A stretch of 64,000 bases of DNA, taken from the NCBI GenBank assembly GCA_963833425.1, contig CAWHXP010000007.1, forward strand, positions 192,001 to 256,000, given 5' to 3'. The translations under genes were made by a program, and so were the position numbers. Origin of the DNA: an uncultured Methanosarcinaceae archaeon. Lineage in GTDB: Archaea > Halobacteriota > Methanosarcinia > Methanosarcinales > Methanosarcinaceae. Below the pieces are notes generated by a model. The model saw only the letters and a list, made by a program, of their open reading frames with translations. It was not told where the DNA came from and ran no database searches. Shown here in pieces: positions 60,448 through 64,000 of this stretch; position 1 is the stretch's first letter, and every line of letters starts with the position of its first letter.

Positions 60448-61168
60448 AGCTTTTAATAAGAAGATGTTATTTTATTAGAAAACGAAAATACGTCTTATTT
60501 TTACCAGACATTTAGATCTGAGCAGCCTGAACATAATAAAACAGCTAATAATTTTTATATCAAAGTTACTTGATTATTTTCTTTTTCATCATCAGAATTT
60601 CTACCCAGGCCTCTCCACGCCTGATGCTTCAATTACTCTCTGAGTTATCAAGATATGTATAAGCCTTGTAAGCAGAAAAGCAAATTGAATTAAAAAGAGT
60701 GAATTTGTTTAAAATCAAATTGATTTGCGTTTCTCTTAATGTGCTCAAGCTTGTAAGTTAGGGTAATATTACAAAAAATTGCAATGGCAAGTTGAAGTCG
60801 ATAATATACATATATTTTAAATCGGAAACCTGTGTATTTGTTTAGGTAGTCATTTTTTGCATCATTAAGGCTTATGCACTTCGGACGCAAAATCAAAATA
60901 CACGGTAAAGAAACAAAGATTACCGATTCACTCTGTTTTTTGGATATGGCGATAAAGCCATATATTTCCTGAATACGACAGTGGCTAAAATATTGATCTA
61001 ACCTTCACTGGATAATAGGGTGCAAGTAACCAAACAAATTATATACATATGTATATCTTTGAAATGTCAAAAAAATTGTAGAATTTGTGCTCAATAAAAA
61101 ATTACTCCGAAAGTTATATAACTCTCGATTTAAATCTAATATTAAATAATTAAAAAAAGAGAAAAAAC

Positions 61169-62239
61169 ATGAAAAAAGCTATTTTCCATGATTATTTCGG
61201 AGCTATCGGCGGTGGAGAAAAAGTTGCGATCACCCTTGCAAAATTATTGAATGCTGATATTATTACTACAGATGTAGATGCGGTTAGTAAACTGGATACA
61301 GAAGTGGATGTTAAATCTCTTGGACACACATATAAAATCCCTCCACTAAAACAGATCTCTGCAACAAAAAAATTTTATTCTTCCGATTTTTCAAATGATT
61401 ATGATTTTTTCATCTTCACAGGAAACTGGAGCCATTATGCAGCCCATAATCACCATCCAAATATGTGGTACTGTTACACGCCTGTAAGGCCATTTTATGA
61501 TCTATACGATACTTTCTTACATAGACAGGATTTGATAACTCGGCAATTTTTTCGTGCCTGGGTACATGGACACAGATGGATGGATCAACGATCGGTAAAT
61601 AATATAAACCAAATTTTCACTATTTCAAAAAATTCCCAGAAAAGAATTGAGAAATACCATCACAGAACTGCTGACATAATTTATCCTCCAGTTGATGTTT
61701 CAAAGTTTAAATATAAGGAGTATGGAGATTTTTGGCTCTCGGTAAACAGACTTTACCCTGAAAAAAGGATTGAATTGCAAATAAATGCTTTTAGAAAAAT
61801 GCCTGATGAAAAACTTATCATTGTGGGTGGATATGCAAAAGGTGATCACGCTGAAAAGTATGCAAAAAATATAAGTAAAGGACTGCCTCAGAATATTAAA
61901 ATACTTGGAGAAATTTCTGAACAGGAATTGATTGACCTTTACGCCAGATGCAAAGGCTTAATCTGCACAGCGGTTGACGAAGACTTTGGTCTAACGCCTG
62001 TAGAAGCAATGGCAAGTGGAAAGCCGGTTGTAGCGGTAAATGAAGGTGGATTTAGAGAGACTGTTACCGAAAAAACGGGTATACTGATAAATGCAGATCT
62101 CCATAGCACTATAGAAGCTGTCAAATTCATATCAAATAAACCTGAAAGTTATAGGAATTTCTGTCTTGAGCAAGCAAGACGTTTTGATCTTTCGATTTTC
62201 AGCAAAAATATACAAAATGTGATTAATAATGATTTTTAA
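61169..62239 (+). CDS. GT4 glycosyltransferase (WbaZ-like)
   Basis: GGGEKV, YPPVD, RLYPEKR and [17 protein letters not shown]. Confidence 0.92.
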   Translation: MKKAIFHDYFGAIGGGEKVAITLAKLLNADIITTDVDAVSKLDTEVDVKSLGHTYKIPPLKQISATKKFYSSDFSNDYDFFIFTGNWSHYAAHNHHPNMWYCYTPVRPFYDLYDTFLHRQDLITRQFFRAWVHGHRWMDQRSVNNINQIFTISKNSQKRIEKYHHRTADIIYPPVDVSKFKYKEYGDFWLSVNRLYPEKRIELQINAFRKMPDEKLIIVGGYAKGDHAEKYAKNISKGLPQNIKILGEISEQELIDLYARCKGLICTAVDEDFGLTPVEAMASGKPVVAVNEGGFRETVTEKTGILINADLHSTIEAVKFISNKPESYRNFCLEQARRFDLSIFSKNIQNVINNDF

Positions 62240-63008
62240 GCACCTAAAAGAGTTATACAGCTACAGAAACCTTATTTGGCAATTAGCGTGGAGCGATTTT
62301 AAATTAAGGTATAAAAATTCTATGCTCGGCTATTTATGGTCTCTTTTGGAACCTCTGCTTATGCTCCTAGTCTTATATGAGGTTTTCACTAACATAATGA
62401 AAAATCAGATAGAACATTACCAATTATTCTTGTTTGTTGGACTTATCTTATGGGGTTTTTTGAGTAGATCTACTAACTCTGGGATGTTTTCAATTGTAGA
62501 AAAAGCAGGTATTGTTAAGAAAATTTACTTCCCACGGGACATCTTTGTTATTTCTTCATGCATTACAGCTCTGCTCATGAGTATCTTTGAGTCTTTAGTA
62601 TTTATCATGTTCATGGTATTTTACAGAATACCAATCTCCATCAACTTGGTATATGCACCGCTTATCCTGATCTTCCTGTGCGCCATTTCACTTGGTCTCT
62701 CTCTAGCGCTTTCAGCATTAAATGTATTTTATAGAGATGTCCAGTTTATCTGGCAGGTACTTTTGCAGATTGGATTTTATTTAACTCCTATAATCTATAG
62801 CATCGACGTATTTCCTACGAATTTCCAACGATTTGTCCTATTGAATCCAATTGCACGGATTATTATTTCTGCAAGAGATACTGTTATTTATTCGTCTCCA
62901 GCTAAAATGGAGGATCTATTATATATGCTTCTATCATCGATAGTCTTCCTAGTTGTCGGATATATCATTTTTTTTAGATTCGAATCCAGATTTGCGGAGG
63001 AGATCTAA
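62229..63008 (+). CDS. wzm: ABC-2 polysaccharide exporter permease (Wzm/TagG)
   Basis: [36 protein letters not shown] and LNP. Confidence 0.9.
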   Translation: MIFKHLKELYSYRNLIWQLAWSDFKLRYKNSMLGYLWSLLEPLLMLLVLYEVFTNIMKNQIEHYQLFLFVGLILWGFLSRSTNSGMFSIVEKAGIVKKIYFPRDIFVISSCITALLMSIFESLVFIMFMVFYRIPISINLVYAPLILIFLCAISLGLSLALSALNVFYRDVQFIWQVLLQIGFYLTPIIYSIDVFPTNFQRFVLLNPIARIIISARDTVIYSSPAKMEDLLYMLLSSIVFLVVGYIIFFRFESRFAEEI

Positions 63009-64000
63009 TGGTAGCAATAGAAGTTAATCATTTGCACAAAACATTTCGCATACCTCATGAAAAAAGAACAACTATATTTGAAACTTTGACAGGAGCCTTC
63101 AATCCTCCGATGTATGAAAATTTCCATGCACTCAAGGACATCAATTTTACAGTTGAAGAGGGTGAAGCTCTAGGAATTATTGGAGAGAACGGAAGTGGGA
63201 AGAGCACCTTATTGAAAATTATTGCAAATATCTTACGCCCATCAGCAGGGAGTGTTACAACCATGAAGAGACTCACTCCTTTCCTCGAACTTGGGGTTGG
63301 CTTCCAAATGAATCTCACGGCTGCAGAGAACGTAAAAATTTATGCAACTATCATGGGTATGCAGAAAAGAGAAATTAATAATAAAATAGATGGTATTATC
63401 GAATTCGCAGGACTTGAGAAATTCAAGGACACGAAACTAAAAAACTTTTCATCAGGTATGCTGGTAAGACTTGCTTTTTCAACAGCAATCCAAACTAATC
63501 CAGAAATCCTTTTGATGGATGAAGTTCTGGCAGTGGGAGACATGGAGTTTCAACAAAAGTGTCTGGATGTCCTTAGTCAATATCGGAAAGATGGAGTTAC
63601 AATTGTTTTCGTTTCACACGATCTTGGGGCAGTAAGGAGGTTCTGTGATAAGACTTTACTTCTTAATAAGGGGGAACAGGTAATTTTAGGAAATACAGGA
63701 GAGGTTATTGACTGTTATGTATACGGTGGCGGAAACGAAGCAATTAATTCTTCTGAAAAACTGAAGGAATCAGAGATAGCTGAACTAGAGGTGGAGTCTG
63801 AGGACAAAACTACTATGTTGGGAAATAAGAAAATTGAAATTACCAATGTAGAGTTTTATGATAAATTTGATAACAAAGGAGTCAGATTTAACTCTTTTGA
63901 TCCGATGACAGTAAGGATTTTTTACAACGCACATATGAGAATATATGACCCAGTGTTCGGGATTGCTCTTTATTCTGAAAATGGAGAAAACCTTTTTGGC
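63008..64000 (+). CDS. wzt: ABC polysaccharide exporter ATPase (Wzt) with C-terminal carbohydrate-binding domain, truncated by the window end
   Basis: Manual translation from ATG 63008 gives GENGSGKS, FSSGMLVRLAF, LMDEVLAVGD and VSHD. The frame is open to the window end. Confidence 0.92.
   Translation, partial: MVAIEVNHLHKTFRIPHEKRTTIFETLTGAFNPPMYENFHALKDINFTVEEGEALGIIGENGSGKSTLLKIIANILRPSAGSVTTMKRLTPFLELGVGFQMNLTAAENVKIYATIMGMQKREINNKIDGIIEFAGLEKFKDTKLKNFSSGMLVRLAFSTAIQTNPEILLMDEVLAVGDMEFQQKCLDVLSQYRKDGVTIVFVSHDLGAVRRFCDKTLLLNKGEQVILGNTGEVIDCYVYGGGNEAINSSEKLKESEIAELEVESEDKTTMLGNKKIEITNVEFYDKFDNKGVRFNSFDPMTVRIFYNAHMRIYDPVFGIALYSENGENLFG

Noticed and set aside
1720..63543. Antisense and overlapping short ORFs in the track (e.g. 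1720-2169, 16083-16475, 33958-34425, 51665-52171, 63055-63543)
   Set aside because: They are shadows of well-supported genes on the opposite strand or in another frame.

Overview
This is AT-rich archaeal DNA whose gene content and protein families point to Methanosarcina (an inference from family recognition; no search was run). Core genes include the CoA operon coaBC-pok-pps, asnB, deoxyhypusine synthase, endonuclease IV, Rio2, cobQ, hcp and two gmd copies. They are separated by long intergenic tracts full of decayed IS5, IS6, IS630 and IS200/IS605 elements, a family of ~90-bp MITEs, and pseudogenes (Fe/Mn SOD, ferredoxin, TPR protein, three sensor kinases, a methyltransferase). Several conserved genes carry single indels that may be assembly errors. 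The right end is a surface-glycan locus: GT2, flippase-like protein, GT-C, two acyltransferases, GT4 and Wzm/Wzt. The most striking feature is a small, apparently secreted protein (39874-40485, minus strand) made almost entirely of 23 perfect Pro-Ala-Thr-Ala-Ala-Thr repeats. This is the backbone of fish antifreeze glycoproteins, and the gene lies near sugar-nucleotide and glycosylation genes. No rRNA, tRNA or CRISPR array was recognised.
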